Part shown: piece by piece, positions 49,818 through 60,051 of the stretch
Numbering within the stretch: the stretch's first letter is position 1
How the letters are laid out: each line of letters begins with the position of its first letter
Assembly (NCBI GenBank): GCA_039588055.1
Contig: JBDHAN010000004.1
Span: forward strand, 807 to 64,806
DNA from: Gemmatimonadota bacterium
GTDB lineage: Bacteria; Gemmatimonadota; Gemmatimonadetes; Gemmatimonadales; GWC2-71-9
DNA: 64,000 nt
Direction: 5' to 3'
The notes under the pieces: generated by a model
Databases searched by the model: none
What the model was told of the DNA's origin: nothing
The model's input: the letters and a program-made list of their open reading frames with translations, nothing else
Program-made: the position numbers and the translations under genes

Positions 49818-51131
49818 CTACAGCCGTCCTCGTCTCTTGAGATCGAGGTATTGATCGACAACGATGCTGCTGGCTTTCGCCGGCGGAACGTCCAATACCA
49901 GCGCGCCTGCGCGCCGCATGCCCGCCAACGCCTCATTACGCGCGCGCAGCAACTCTTCGGCCGCGGCTTTGCGATAGGCAGATCCCACGTCACCGGGACG
50001 AAGCGTCGCGACCCTGTCGAGTTCCGGGTTGCGGAGCGTCACCACCAGGGGCAAGTGACGAGGCGTGAGCGACGCAACATTCCGAACCAGTGCTTCCGAT
50101 GCATAACGGTCGATCACATCGGTGAAGAACACGGTCAACGCGCGCTTTCGGTTGCGAACTGCCAAGTACCGGAACGCCGCAGGATAGTCGGGCTCCACAA
50201 GAGTTGGCTCAATCACCGCCAATGTATCGAGCACCTCTCTCAGGCCACGTCGCCCTCGCTGTGGCGCCACGTATTGATGAATGTGATCGGAGAACACCAT
50301 GACCCCAACGTTGTCGTCATGGTAGTTGGCGGCAAAGGCAAGCCAGAGCGCGGCCCGCACTACATGTTCGAGCCGAGCTTCCCCTCCGACCTCCGCGGTG
50401 AGCAAGCGTCCCGCATCGAGGACCAGCATGACCTGCTGGCGTCGCTCTTCCTCGTACTGACGGGCGATGATCTTGCGCCGTCTGGCACTCGCCTTCCAAT
50501 CGATGTGCCGTGTGTCATCTCCCGGCACCCACTCTCGGAGACTTTCGAATTGCCGACCCTCTCCCAACTGGCGCATCGATCGCAGACCACTCTCGCGGCG
50601 TCGAACAGCCTCTGCCACCGACGCTTTCAATCGTGACGCCGGAAGTGGCGGATACACGGTCACCGACCATGGCAGCTCACGCCGGCCTTGCGCGTACGCC
50701 AGACCGAGCGGACCGAGGCTCCGGATGGCCAGCCACCCCTCAGTCTCCCGACCGCGCCGCACGGGAGCGACTGCAATGCGCTCTCTTTCCGTTCCTCCCG
50801 CCGCTACACGCACACGCCGCCGCGGCGCAACTCCGCCCAGCAGAGCTGGTCGAGACTCACGTACCGTGATATCTGCGTCTCGGTCAGTGGGATTGTGCCA
50901 CAGAAACGCATACTCCGATCCCCTGCCGACCGTGAAGCTGTCTGGTCCGATCCGCTCGACCTTGAGGGTCCGCGGACGCGGTGCTCGCCGAAAATCGATC
51001 CACACCAACAGCACCAGCACCGCGTTCAATCCGACGAGGAGATCCAGCGCTACGGGCGTCACGTACCCCAGCAGGGCGATCGGAGCCATGAGCCCAAAGA
51101 GAACGACGCTCCGCTTCGTGGGAACGATCAC
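49818..51131 (-). CDS. DUF58 domain protein
   Basis: FESLREWVPGDDTRHIDWKASARR, LDAGRL. Confidence 0.92.
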   Translation of the reverse strand: MIVPTKRSVVLFGLMAPIALLGYVTPVALDLLVGLNAVLVLLVWIDFRRAPRPRTLKVERIGPDSFTVGRGSEYAFLWHNPTDRDADITVRESRPALLGGVAPRRRVRVAAGGTERERIAVAPVRRGRETEGWLAIRSLGPLGLAYAQGRRELPWSVTVYPPLPASRLKASVAEAVRRRESGLRSMRQLGEGRQFESLREWVPGDDTRHIDWKASARRRKIIARQYEEERRQQVMLVLDAGRLLTAEVGGEARLEHVVRAALWLAFAANYHDDNVGVMVFSDHIHQYVAPQRGRRGLREVLDTLAVIEPTLVEPDYPAAFRYLAVRNRKRALTVFFTDVIDRYASEALVRNVASLTPRHLPLVVTLRNPELDRVATLRPGDVGSAYRKAAAEELLRARNEALAGMRRAGALVLDVPPAKASSIVVDQYLDLKRRGRL

Positions 51132-52081
51132 GCTGTCGGGACCTCGACCTGCTCGAGCACGGACTCCAGCGCGTCGTCCGCCGCAACGCCCTCAAGCTCC
51201 AGCTCGGGTGCCACCGTGACCCGATGACGCAAAACCGGTCGGGCGAGTTGCTTGACGTCGTCGGGAATCACGAAGTCGCGATGGTCTAATAACGCCAGGG
51301 CACGTGACGTCTTGAGGAGTGCAACGCCAGCGCGGGGGCTCGCTCCCAAGGTCAGTGTCGCCGCATCTCGTGTCGCCCGCACGACTGCCGTGATGTATGC
51401 TGTGATCTTCGGCTCGACGCGCACCGCCTCCGCTTGGCGGCGTAGCGCTTCGACCCCACTCGCATCCATCAGCGGCTCGACCCCGTACGTCTCCGGAAGA
51501 TCTGCCTCGAACCCCTCGAGGTATCGCGTAAGGATGCCCTGCTCGACCTCCGACGACGGGTAATCCGTCAGCACCTTGAGCATGAAGCGATCGAGCTCCG
51601 CCTCGGGCAGAGGGTAGGTTCCCTCGAACTCAATCGGATTCTGGGTGGCGAACACCGTGAACGTCGCGCTCAACGGATGACTGGTGCCGTCGACGGTTAC
51701 CGTCCGCTCCTGCATCGCCTCGAGCAACGCAGCCTGCGTTTTCGCCGGTGCCCGGTTGATCTCATCGGCGAGCACGAGATCGTGGAACAGCGGCCCTGGC
51801 CGAAACACGAAATCCTGTTCCCGAAGGATCGAAATGCCGGTGATGTCTCCCGGCATCAAGTCCGGCGTGAATTGGATGCGGGCGTACCGCACGGAGAGCG
51901 CCTGCGCCAACGTCCGCACGAGCAGGGTCTTGGCAGTACCGGGCACACCCTCGAGCAAGACATGTCCCCTCGCGAGCAGGGCTACGAGACAGTCACGAGT
52001 GGCATCGTGTTGTCCGAGTACAACGCGCCGAAGCGCCGCTAGGATTTCCTGGGTCTTTCCGTCGGTCTCAAAGCTTCCCAC
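51128..52081 (-). CDS. moxR: MoxR family AAA+ ATPase
   Basis: GVPGTAKT, RIQFTPDLMP, LADEINR, ATQNPIE, EAELDRF. Confidence 0.95.
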   Translation of the reverse strand: MGSFETDGKTQEILAALRRVVLGQHDATRDCLVALLARGHVLLEGVPGTAKTLLVRTLAQALSVRYARIQFTPDLMPGDITGISILREQDFVFRPGPLFHDLVLADEINRAPAKTQAALLEAMQERTVTVDGTSHPLSATFTVFATQNPIEFEGTYPLPEAELDRFMLKVLTDYPSSEVEQGILTRYLEGFEADLPETYGVEPLMDASGVEALRRQAEAVRVEPKITAYITAVVRATRDAATLTLGASPRAGVALLKTSRALALLDHRDFVIPDDVKQLARPVLRHRVTVAPELELEGVAADDALESVLEQVEVPTA

Positions 52082-53271
52082 ACATCCTCCACGGTCGTAG
52101 CAATTGCCAATACGCCCTCGTCACCGTCGCGACCCCGGAGCAACGTCCCCAAACGCTGCACTGCCCCTCGCGCCCGCTCATTCCGCGCCGCAAGCGATAA
52201 CGACTCTAACCAGCGATCCAGACTCTGGCCTCGCTCATGGTGATGCACACCGCCGCCGGCAAGCCGACGACGAAGACCCGCCGCGAGGAGTGCCGCTGCT
52301 GCGTCACGCCCGTGGGCGCGCTCGAGGCCGGTCGCGAGCGCGTCGAGATGCTCGAGCGGAGAGCGTCGACGTCGCTCGATCACCTGGACGGTCGGACCAA
52401 ACCGCACGGCGCTCACAAACACGAACAGCAACCCGGCGCCGACCAGCTGCAGCATCACCCACCCCGCGGGTGACGCAGCCATCCAGCGCCACGCTGCGGA
52501 AGTCACGGACCCGCCATCGCCAAACCCTTGATGGTACTCGTCTACGACAACGTGCCTCACTCCGAGATCGAGCAGCCAGGAGAGCAACGGGATGCCAATG
52601 TCCGTCTCCTTGAGTACGAGGTTGGAGACGAAGCGAGGCTCAGCGATCAACAGCGCGTGCGCGCCACTTGCGAAGTTCATTCTCAGCGCCACGCTTTCGC
52701 CGGTCACCGTCGTTAGCAGCGTGTCGACGTCGCTGAGCGGGGCCGGGACACACGGAAGCGCTCGCGGGTCGAAGCTTCGGGCTCGCCCCTCCTCGGGTTC
52801 GTCGACCGCTTCACGTATCACAACCTCGGTGTCGGGAAGGTCGAGCCCGTCTGCGAATCGAAGAGCGACCGAGTCCTCTTCGACGAATTCCGGCTCGAAC
52901 CCGAGACAACGCTCGACGCCGTTCCATCCCACGAGCAACAGGTTCCCACCCCGCTCCACGTAGCGCATGAGTGCTTGTCGCTCGACCCGCGTGGGAAGAA
53001 AGCCGACATCGAGCATGGCAATCACGGGAAGGACCTGCGACGAATCGTCGTTGATGTCGAACAGCGACCGGCGACGCTGTTCGACCGACACCCCCAAGGC
53101 TTCGAGCGCATCCGCAAACCCCTTCGTGCCGTGGGGCCCGCTCAGATACGTCGACCGTCGGTCGTCGAGCCAATCCTCCGTCGGTGCCGAGCGAACACCG
53201 AGTATTGCCGCGACTGCCATTGCCGTCACGAACGCGAGCATCAGGAGAGCCGTGGAGCTTCGCCGGATCAT
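52039..53271 (-). CDS. DUF4350 domain membrane-anchored protein
   Basis: N-terminal TM, STY..GPHGTKG, VDEYHQG, TM then RFGP; typical position in this MoxR cluster. Confidence 0.8.
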   Translation of the reverse strand: MIRRSSTALLMLAFVTAMAVAAILGVRSAPTEDWLDDRRSTYLSGPHGTKGFADALEALGVSVEQRRRSLFDINDDSSQVLPVIAMLDVGFLPTRVERQALMRYVERGGNLLLVGWNGVERCLGFEPEFVEEDSVALRFADGLDLPDTEVVIREAVDEPEEGRARSFDPRALPCVPAPLSDVDTLLTTVTGESVALRMNFASGAHALLIAEPRFVSNLVLKETDIGIPLLSWLLDLGVRHVVVDEYHQGFGDGGSVTSAAWRWMAASPAGWVMLQLVGAGLLFVFVSAVRFGPTVQVIERRRRSPLEHLDALATGLERAHGRDAAAALLAAGLRRRLAGGGVHHHERGQSLDRWLESLSLAARNERARGAVQRLGTLLRGRDGDEGVLAIATTVEDVWEALRPTERPRKS

Positions 53272-53879
53272 TGTCCCACCAACGCGGACGCTCGGCGATC
53301 AAACGCGGTCACGTCGTGGTCTGTGCATGGCATCCCACCGAAGACATGTCGATACAGCAGCGCAACGAGCTCCCGGAGGCTTTCTGCCGTATGGGTATCG
53401 AGGCGCGCTTCACGCACATACTCCGCAGGCGTCTTCGACGGGTGGAACCGAAGGATCTTGCGTTGATCCAAGTCCAGGATCAGCGACGCAAAGCGGTGGG
53501 CGAGCGCTTGCGAACACTGTCCCGAATCTGCCAAGCGCCGCGATTCCACAAGATGCCACGCAGCGTCTCGCCGCCCACTGATCGCCGGCGTCATGGCTGC
53601 GGGTTCCCGTTGGCGGGGTCGGAGAGCTCGCCAGATCAGATACCCGAAGTGCACCAGCACGGCTGCAAGCACACCGGTCATGACACCGATGAGCACCCAA
53701 TAAGCGACAGGATGGGCAATCTCCAATTGAGCAAGCCAATCGCGGAGATCACCATACCAGTCGAAGACGAATTGCAGCGGATGGCGTCGCACCGTCCAGT
53801 CGTACTCCGGTCCGGCGTAAACATGTTCCAGCACCGCCCGGATGGAATCGGCTGTGAACGCCTGAGGAGAGTGGCTCAC
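53268..53879 (-). CDS. DUF4129 domain protein
   Basis: TM followed by SKTPAEY and YRHVFGG; overlapping stop/start with neighbours. Confidence 0.78.
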   Translation of the reverse strand: MSHSPQAFTADSIRAVLEHVYAGPEYDWTVRRHPLQFVFDWYGDLRDWLAQLEIAHPVAYWVLIGVMTGVLAAVLVHFGYLIWRALRPRQREPAAMTPAISGRRDAAWHLVESRRLADSGQCSQALAHRFASLILDLDQRKILRFHPSKTPAEYVREARLDTHTAESLRELVALLYRHVFGGMPCTDHDVTAFDRRASALVGQ

Positions 53880-54628
53880 GCTTCGAAGGCGTCGCCGCTG
53901 AGCTGCCGGCTCAGAAACTCGAGGTCAAACGCTTCCTTGCGCACGCGCAAATCGTAGTAGAACAACGTGAACGCACAGCCGACCACAGGATACAACATGA
54001 GTTGCAGGAGTTGCCCGCCCACAGTGACCGTCGCGAACAGCCCAGGAATGAATGCGCCGAGTGCTCCAGCGACCATAAGCGGCAGTCCAATTAACAAGAA
54101 CACGACGAGCCCGAGCCCGAACGCCTTGAGCTTGTGGCCTTTCGTGAGAGTCCACGATCGACCGAGCGCATCGGTCGCCGAGGGCAGGTCTTCCAGCACG
54201 ACGACTTGGGTAACCACGGCGTAGCCGCACGCGACGATGATCCCCGGAATGAAGAGCAGAATCGACGCGAGGAAGATCAGGATGTACTTGGCGAGACCCG
54301 CGATGAAGAGTCGTGCCATCTTGCCCCATGCGTAGCCCAAGGCATCACTGAAGAGTGGATCTCGCCCCAGATACGCTTCCGAGATGACCCACACGGTCGC
54401 CGCAGCGGCAACGAGACCCCCGAGTGCCGACGCGAAGATCGCCGAGAGCCACAGGACGGGATGCGCGGCAACGCCGCCACCCAGCTCGACGTACACGGCC
54501 ATGATGGCCGGCACCCCTTCGCACACAATCGCGATCGAGACAAGTGTGCCAAAGAAGTTGCGGTAGATCGCGAGCGCACCATCCAGGATCTCACCTAACG
54601 ACATGCTGCGAAGTTGATATGTGGCCAT
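53876..54628 (-). CDS. Integral membrane protein (GDPD membrane-domain-like)
   Basis: LRSMSLGEILD, ALGRSW.L, YYDLRVRKEAFDL. Confidence 0.8.
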   Translation of the reverse strand: MATYQLRSMSLGEILDGALAIYRNFFGTLVSIAIVCEGVPAIMAVYVELGGGVAAHPVLWLSAIFASALGGLVAAAATVWVISEAYLGRDPLFSDALGYAWGKMARLFIAGLAKYILIFLASILLFIPGIIVACGYAVVTQVVVLEDLPSATDALGRSWTLTKGHKLKAFGLGLVVFLLIGLPLMVAGALGAFIPGLFATVTVGGQLLQLMLYPVVGCAFTLFYYDLRVRKEAFDLEFLSRQLSGDAFEA

Positions 54629-54659
54629 TGGCCCTCCCGTGCGGTAAGATGCCCCCGAG

Positions 54660-56516
54660 ATGAACGAGACGCGAGAGCAGGGCAGAATAGAGTTTTCGAG
54701 ACGTATTTCGATCGAGACGCCCGAGCACGTGGTCCTTCGTCTGGAGTTGGCGGGGATGGGGTCCCGAATGGCTGCGGCACTCTACGACTTCGTGCTCATT
54801 GTGCTGCTGCTGTTTTTGGTGAGCGCCGCGTTCTCGGCGGCCGAGACACTCACCGACTGGCTCCAGAACTGGGCGGGTGCAGCGCTGCTCTTCGTGTGGT
54901 TTGCGCTCTTCTGGGGGTACTTCGCGTTGTTCGAGGCACTGGGATCGGGCCGGACGCCGGGAAAGCGTCGGCTGGGGCTCCGCGTGGTGATGGATACCGG
55001 CCATCCGCTCACCCTGCAGGCGGCCCTGATTAGAAACCTCGTCAGGTTAGTCGATCTTCAACCGTTCGGTGCCTATGTCGTGGGTTTGCTGTTCGTCTTC
55101 TTTCATCGACAGCACAAGCGCCTCGGTGATTTGGTCGCTGGCACCGTCGTAGTGCACGACCGAGTGGAAGATTTCTCCCTTGCTCCCGAACCCGCCTTTC
55201 GTGAGCCCCTCGATGCGGGCCCGCCACTGCTGACCGACGATGAGTTTGCACTCCTCGATCAGTTTGTCGCCCGACTCGACACGCTGGAATCGGAAGCACG
55301 TGGTCGCCTTGCCACGGGGCTGTTGCAACGCTTCCAAGAACGCATGGTCGACGACGTGGGAACGGCGGGGCGCAGTGCACTCTCGAGACCGGACTCACTC
55401 CTCGTCCGGTTCCACACGGAGGAGCTCACGCGTCGACGAGCCAAGACCGCCGTCCGGCAGGCAGCAGGCATGGCCCGTCGGTTCGTCGCCGGTCGACAGC
55501 CAGCGTGGGAGAGCTTTCGGCGCCAAGCGTTTGAGTTGGAACGGAAGGGACTTCGCGAGCTCTCAGGGACGGCGTTGACCAGATTTGCCGCCGAGTATCG
55601 CACGCTCGCCGCCGACCTGGCCCGAGCGCGCACCTACGGAGTGGATCTGCGGGTGCTGGGCTATCTCGAGCGAGCGGTCAGTGCCGGACACAACGCACTC
55701 TATGGGCTTCGAGGTGTGCGGCGCCTGCCCCTCCATCACCTGCTGCTCGCCGATTTGCCGAGGGCCGTCTACCGCACGCGCTGGCACGTCGTGGCCGCGG
55801 CGCTCCTGTTCTTCGCTCCTGGGATCGTCGGCTATGGCCTGGTTCGCGAGCGGCCGGACATCGTGCACGAGATCCTGCCTGATGGCATGATCGCGCGAGC
55901 CGAGGCCGGTGCCTACCAGCGCGCCGCTGGGCGCGGCTACGCCGAGGCCCCTTCCCCGTACCTCCCGATGGTCGCCTCGGGCATCATCACGAATAACATC
56001 CAGGTTGCCTTCGGTGCCTTTGCCCTCGGCATCACTGCGGGACTCGGCACCGTGTTGGTCCTGGCATTCAATGGAGTCTTTTTCGGAGCCGTGCTGGGCA
56101 TGTTCGCCAACTACGGCCTCGCCTCGTGGATTCTCACGTTCGTCGCGGGCCACGGCGTCCTGGAGCTAACGGCGATATTTATTGCCGGCGGTGCCGGCCT
56201 TCTCGTCGCTCAGGCCGTCGTCGCTCCCGGTGATTTCACGCGGCGTGACGCGCTCGTGATTCGAGGCCGGACGGCAATTCGCCTGGTCGGCGCGGCGAGT
56301 TGTCTCCTGCTTCTCGCCGGCATCATCGAGGGGTTTCTCTCAGCGAGTGCGGCACCGGCTGCCATCAAGCTCGGCGTGAGTGCAGCCAGTGCCGTCCTCG
56401 TGGGCCTGTACGTCGCGGCAGGACGACGATCGGCGCTAGCCCGCCCGGACAGGGATCATGACGCGAGTGTGTTCCCACTCCAACAGCACCGAGGTCCCGC
56501 TGCCCGAGTTCTCTGA
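54660..56516 (+). CDS. RDD domain - SpoIIM (DUF95) fusion membrane protein
   Basis: TPEHV..LAG.GSR, TPGKR, R..D and RLGDLVAGT (RDD); NNIQVAF, HGVLEL and AGIIEGF (SpoIIM). Confidence 0.88.
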   Translation: MNETREQGRIEFSRRISIETPEHVVLRLELAGMGSRMAAALYDFVLIVLLLFLVSAAFSAAETLTDWLQNWAGAALLFVWFALFWGYFALFEALGSGRTPGKRRLGLRVVMDTGHPLTLQAALIRNLVRLVDLQPFGAYVVGLLFVFFHRQHKRLGDLVAGTVVVHDRVEDFSLAPEPAFREPLDAGPPLLTDDEFALLDQFVARLDTLESEARGRLATGLLQRFQERMVDDVGTAGRSALSRPDSLLVRFHTEELTRRRAKTAVRQAAGMARRFVAGRQPAWESFRRQAFELERKGLRELSGTALTRFAAEYRTLAADLARARTYGVDLRVLGYLERAVSAGHNALYGLRGVRRLPLHHLLLADLPRAVYRTRWHVVAAALLFFAPGIVGYGLVRERPDIVHEILPDGMIARAEAGAYQRAAGRGYAEAPSPYLPMVASGIITNNIQVAFGAFALGITAGLGTVLVLAFNGVFFGAVLGMFANYGLASWILTFVAGHGVLELTAIFIAGGAGLLVAQAVVAPGDFTRRDALVIRGRTAIRLVGAASCLLLLAGIIEGFLSASAAPAAIKLGVSAASAVLVGLYVAAGRRSALARPDRDHDASVFPLQQHRGPAARVL

Positions 56517-57017
56517 ACGGATCGTGAACATCTCGACGTGCTCGTCCATCGTCGAGCTCATCGCCTTGCCTCGCCCGACTTCCTGGGCGTGCACCTCATC
56601 GGTGTAGCGGGACTCGTGTCCCCACTGCGATGTGGCACGGTTGACGACGATCTCCCACTCGCTCTCTCCTGGAACGGTGTACAGCGAATACGTACCCGGC
56701 TCGACGTCGACCCCTGCCACATTGAGTGCCACCGTGGTGTGGATCATCGTGGGCTCGTTGGCACCGGTACGCCAGATCTTCCCGAACGGCACGGCGGAGC
56801 CACCGATCATCGTCCGCTCCCGAGCCGATGGCCGACCATAGCAGATCTTGACCATGCCATCACCGACCGTGAAGGTCAGCGAATCGAGAGGGCTCGGACG
56901 GCTGTCGAGCGGCATACGTTCCGTGTTCATCGTGATACATCCCGGACTGGTAACCGGGACGGGGACGACCGCGGGAGCCGCGAGCGCCAGAGCCAGGGTG
57001 GTGCCGACAACGATCAT
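56436..57017 (-). CDS. DUF2911 domain secreted protein
   Basis: RPSP, YGRPS, WRTGANE, YSLYT.P, LEWEHT; SD GGAGG before ATG 57017. Confidence 0.88.
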   Translation of the reverse strand: MIVVGTTLALALAAPAVVPVPVTSPGCITMNTERMPLDSRPSPLDSLTFTVGDGMVKICYGRPSARERTMIGGSAVPFGKIWRTGANEPTMIHTTVALNVAGVDVEPGTYSLYTVPGESEWEIVVNRATSQWGHESRYTDEVHAQEVGRGKAMSSTMDEHVEMFTIRSENSGSGTSVLLEWEHTRVMIPVRAG

Positions 57018-57118
57018 GGATGTCCTCCGTGTCATGGTATTGTAAATGCTTGCAAAACAACGTTTTACGACACTTGCCGTCCCGGACCGGCCAAACGGGT
57101 GTGATGCCCGATGCTGTC

Positions 57119-57133
57119 TGGTCCGAGGCTTGC
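57119..57133 (+). promoter_or_regulatory. Candidate sigma54 (-24/-12) promoter of the pilin cluster
   Basis: TGGTCCGAGGCTTGC (GG-N10-GC), with an IHF-like site at 57043-57067. Confidence 0.45.
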
Positions 57134-57152
57134 CTCTTATAGTTGCTTTGCC

Positions 57153-57620
57153 ATGAAGAGTTCCACCGTTCGGACACTCGGAACAGCCGGCTTTTCGGTT
57201 ATCGAGCTTGCGGTGGTCACCGGCGTGGCGGGCATTCTGCTGGCGCTCGCGGCCTACCGCTTCGGCCCCGCTCTCGAGCAGGCAAAGGCCCGACACGCCG
57301 CTGCCGCGGTTGCCGCCGACTTGCAGTACGCCCAGATGGTCGCAGCTCGCGACCGGCAGCCCGTTGTCGTGATCGTCAACTCCTCCCTGCGCCTCCTCAT
57401 GATCCGTAACCGGGCGGGGACCACGATTTACCGCCAGCGATTCCTGGGTGATGACACGGAGTTTGGGCTCGACACCTTTTCGGCATCCCCTGTGAACTCG
57501 GTCGAGATCTTTCCCAACGGTGTGGCAACGCAAACGATGACCTATGCTGCCACCAAGGGAACCAACTCCAGACAGATCCGACTTACCCGTGCCGGTCAGG
57601 TGCGCGTTGTCTATCCGTAG
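57153..57620 (+). CDS. Type IV minor pilin, FimT/FimU/GspH-like
   Basis: Prepilin cleavage site AG|FSVIEL. Confidence 0.85.
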   Translation: MKSSTVRTLGTAGFSVIELAVVTGVAGILLALAAYRFGPALEQAKARHAAAAVAADLQYAQMVAARDRQPVVVIVNSSLRLLMIRNRAGTTIYRQRFLGDDTEFGLDTFSASPVNSVEIFPNGVATQTMTYAATKGTNSRQIRLTRAGQVRVVYP

Positions 57621-58014
57621 GCTCCAGAGCCAATCAGGGCTCTCGCTCATCGAGGTCCTGGTATCACTGGGCATTCTGTCGGCGGTGCTGATTGCCCTGG
57701 GCGGCCTCATGTTCCAAGTCGCACGCCATACACGGCAATCCGCGGTGACGGGATACCGCAGCGCGGCAGTTACCAGTGCGGTTTCCTGGGCGAGCGGGCT
57801 CAAGTGGGACAGCATCGACGCGGCCATTGGGTGCACCTCGGACAGCAGCGGCCTCATGGCATACACCCGCTGCCTCACCGTGACCAACCCCACATCGCGG
57901 ACCAAGGAGATCACCGTCGTGGTGAGCCCGATCGGCGCGCTAGTCGCACGCCCGGAAACCGTGATGGTCCACCGCAGCAAGGCTCGACTCGTCTCACCGT
58001 TCAACGCTCCATGA
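57607..58014 (+). CDS. Type IV minor pilin, PilV-like
   Basis: SG|LSLIEVLVSL; TTG start inferred. Confidence 0.82.
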   Translation: MSIRRLQSQSGLSLIEVLVSLGILSAVLIALGGLMFQVARHTRQSAVTGYRSAAVTSAVSWASGLKWDSIDAAIGCTSDSSGLMAYTRCLTVTNPTSRTKEITVVVSPIGALVARPETVMVHRSKARLVSPFNAP

Positions 58015-58841
58015 GGCGCCTGGGCTTCACGCTCGTCGAGCTCCTGATCGCCACAGTCGTGGCGGCGATACTCGGGACGGCACTCGCCAGACTCCTGGTC
58101 AGTGATTCCCGCTTCGTCGCGCTGCAGGAGTCCATGCTCGGCGCGCGCCGCACCGCACGCACGGCCATGAACTGGATGAACGTCGAGCTGCGCATGATCT
58201 CCGACGGGGGCCTGCTCGACGCCGCCCCCGAGAGCGTCGCGGTGCGGGTGCCCTATGCCTTCGGGATGGTGTGCGACCGCGTGAGTGGAGATCTCTACGT
58301 GTCGCTTCTGCCTGTCGACTCGCTGGCGTACGCGAACGCCACCGCGGACGGGTTAGCCTGGCGTCGCTCGACGGGCATCTATTCGTTCGTGAGCGGTGTC
58401 GGTGTGACCATGTCGACCGACACCATCATCTGCGCCGGCGACAGCATCAAGACCGTGCCGGGCGGCAAGATACTGGCACTCTCGGGAACCCCCTCCGGCG
58501 CGCCCAACCAGCCGGTGATCGGAAGCGTCGCCTATCTGTACCAAGACGTGAGCTACAAGTTTGCGGCCTCCACCGACCTTCCGGGACGGATCGGCCTTTG
58601 GCGGAAAGCCGGATCGGCTGCCTACGAAGAACTCGTGGCGCCATTCGACACCGCAGCGGGCTTCGGATTCCTGGTCGGAGGGAGCACAACCGCCCTCACG
58701 AGCCCTCCCGCCGACTTAACCACGGTGACAGGACTCGAGCTTCGCCTCGTCGGCGCGTCCGATTTCATTCCTCGCAAAGCGACAAGAGCGCAGACGTTCG
58801 ATCTCGTGCCGCAGCTGCGTTTTGGCAATCGTAACCCATGA
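58011..58841 (+). CDS. Type IV minor pilin, PilW-like
   Basis: MRRLG|FTLVELLIA; ATGA overlap. Confidence 0.85.
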   Translation: MRRLGFTLVELLIATVVAAILGTALARLLVSDSRFVALQESMLGARRTARTAMNWMNVELRMISDGGLLDAAPESVAVRVPYAFGMVCDRVSGDLYVSLLPVDSLAYANATADGLAWRRSTGIYSFVSGVGVTMSTDTIICAGDSIKTVPGGKILALSGTPSGAPNQPVIGSVAYLYQDVSYKFAASTDLPGRIGLWRKAGSAAYEELVAPFDTAAGFGFLVGGSTTALTSPPADLTTVTGLELRLVGASDFIPRKATRAQTFDLVPQLRFGNRNP

Positions 58842-59893
58842 GCCTAGCCGGTCTGAGTCGCCGAGACGGCTTTGCGCTGCCGCTCACCGTGTTCGTGCTG
58901 ACGCTGATCACGATCATGCTGGCGGGCATCATGGTGCAGGTGCAGGTCGACCGACGAATCGCCGAAAGCAGCGGGGATGTGGTCGACGCTCTGGCGATCG
59001 CGCAGAGTGGCCTCGATCGATACATGACGCATTACGACACGATGCCCAATCGACCGCCGGACGGCGATTCGCTGCGCATCAATGTGACCGGTGGGTACGC
59101 AGACGTCATCGCCCACGTGGCTCAACGTCCCGCCGACAGCCTCCAAGGCATTACGTACGTCGTGCGATCGAGCGGGTGGCTGATCAGGCCAACCCAAGGT
59201 TCCGATCCGCAGGCCACACGCACCGTGGCCCAATATGCAGAGTGGCAATACGGCACGATGAAGGTGATTGCAGCGTTAACCGCCATCAATGATTTCAAGA
59301 CCGGTAGCGGGACCCTGTTCTTCAGTGGGTTCGATCAGTGCGTGCCCGCGCTGCCGACGGTCCCAGGACTCCGGGTACCGCAGGGAGCGACGCCGAACCC
59401 ATTGGGACCACCGGACGTCATTCCGTTCAAGGTTGAGATTGGCAACGCATCGGACGTCGCCGACGCAACCGACATTGATTGGACCAGCGTGATCACGGGC
59501 AACTGGAATCCCGATTACACCACCCTCGTCAATCCGCTTACGTGGGCGACGTATTGGATCTCGGGGGACGTGACACTCACCGATGTCACCGGCACCGGGT
59601 TGCTGGTTGTGGGCGGCGAGCTCACAACTGCTGGACTCCTTTTCGACTGGCAAGGGGCGGTGCTCGTGGGTAACAAGTTTACGTTCCTCGCCGACACCAC
59701 CCGGATCCACGGCGCCGCCGTGTCGGGACTCAACCAGATTACCGGGCCATCACCGACCAACGGAGACTGGGGCCCCGCCGGCACCCACATCGAGATCGAG
59801 TATTACTCCTGCTTCGTGCGCCAAGCGTTTGTTCCGTTCTCAGGCTTTGCCCCAATTCCCAACGGCTGGATGGACAACTGGGCGGCGTACTGA
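58838..59893 (+). CDS. Type IV minor pilin, PilX-like
   Basis: RDG|FALPL lacks Glu5, as in PilX/GspK; ALAIAQSGL. Confidence 0.82.
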   Translation: MSLAGLSRRDGFALPLTVFVLTLITIMLAGIMVQVQVDRRIAESSGDVVDALAIAQSGLDRYMTHYDTMPNRPPDGDSLRINVTGGYADVIAHVAQRPADSLQGITYVVRSSGWLIRPTQGSDPQATRTVAQYAEWQYGTMKVIAALTAINDFKTGSGTLFFSGFDQCVPALPTVPGLRVPQGATPNPLGPPDVIPFKVEIGNASDVADATDIDWTSVITGNWNPDYTTLVNPLTWATYWISGDVTLTDVTGTGLLVVGGELTTAGLLFDWQGAVLVGNKFTFLADTTRIHGAAVSGLNQITGPSPTNGDWGPAGTHIEIEYYSCFVRQAFVPFSGFAPIPNGWMDNWAAY

Positions 59894-59895
59894 AG

Positions 59896-60033
59896 ACGGC
59901 GGCAGTGGCGGCAGGATAACAACAACGGCAGGGCGGCAGAGTCTGATCGCAGGAGGCTGACGGCCTCACACCTTACGCCTTACCCCCCTACGCCTTGCCC
60001 CTTATCACCACTCACCCAACACCACACCATCCC
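59896..60033. repeat. GCGGCAG-type array followed by 7-mer CCTYAYN-type array
   Basis: GGCGGCAG TGGCGGCAG..ACGGCAGG GCGGCAGA, then CCTCACA CCTTACG CCTTACC..CCTTGCC CCTTATC. Confidence 0.7.
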
Positions 60034-60051
60034 ACTACATTTCAGTCGCTC

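Noticed and set aside
57018..58004. 522-aa version of the DUF2911 ORF
   Set aside because: The extension is antisense to two pilin genes; the real start is ATG 57017 with an SD and signal peptide.
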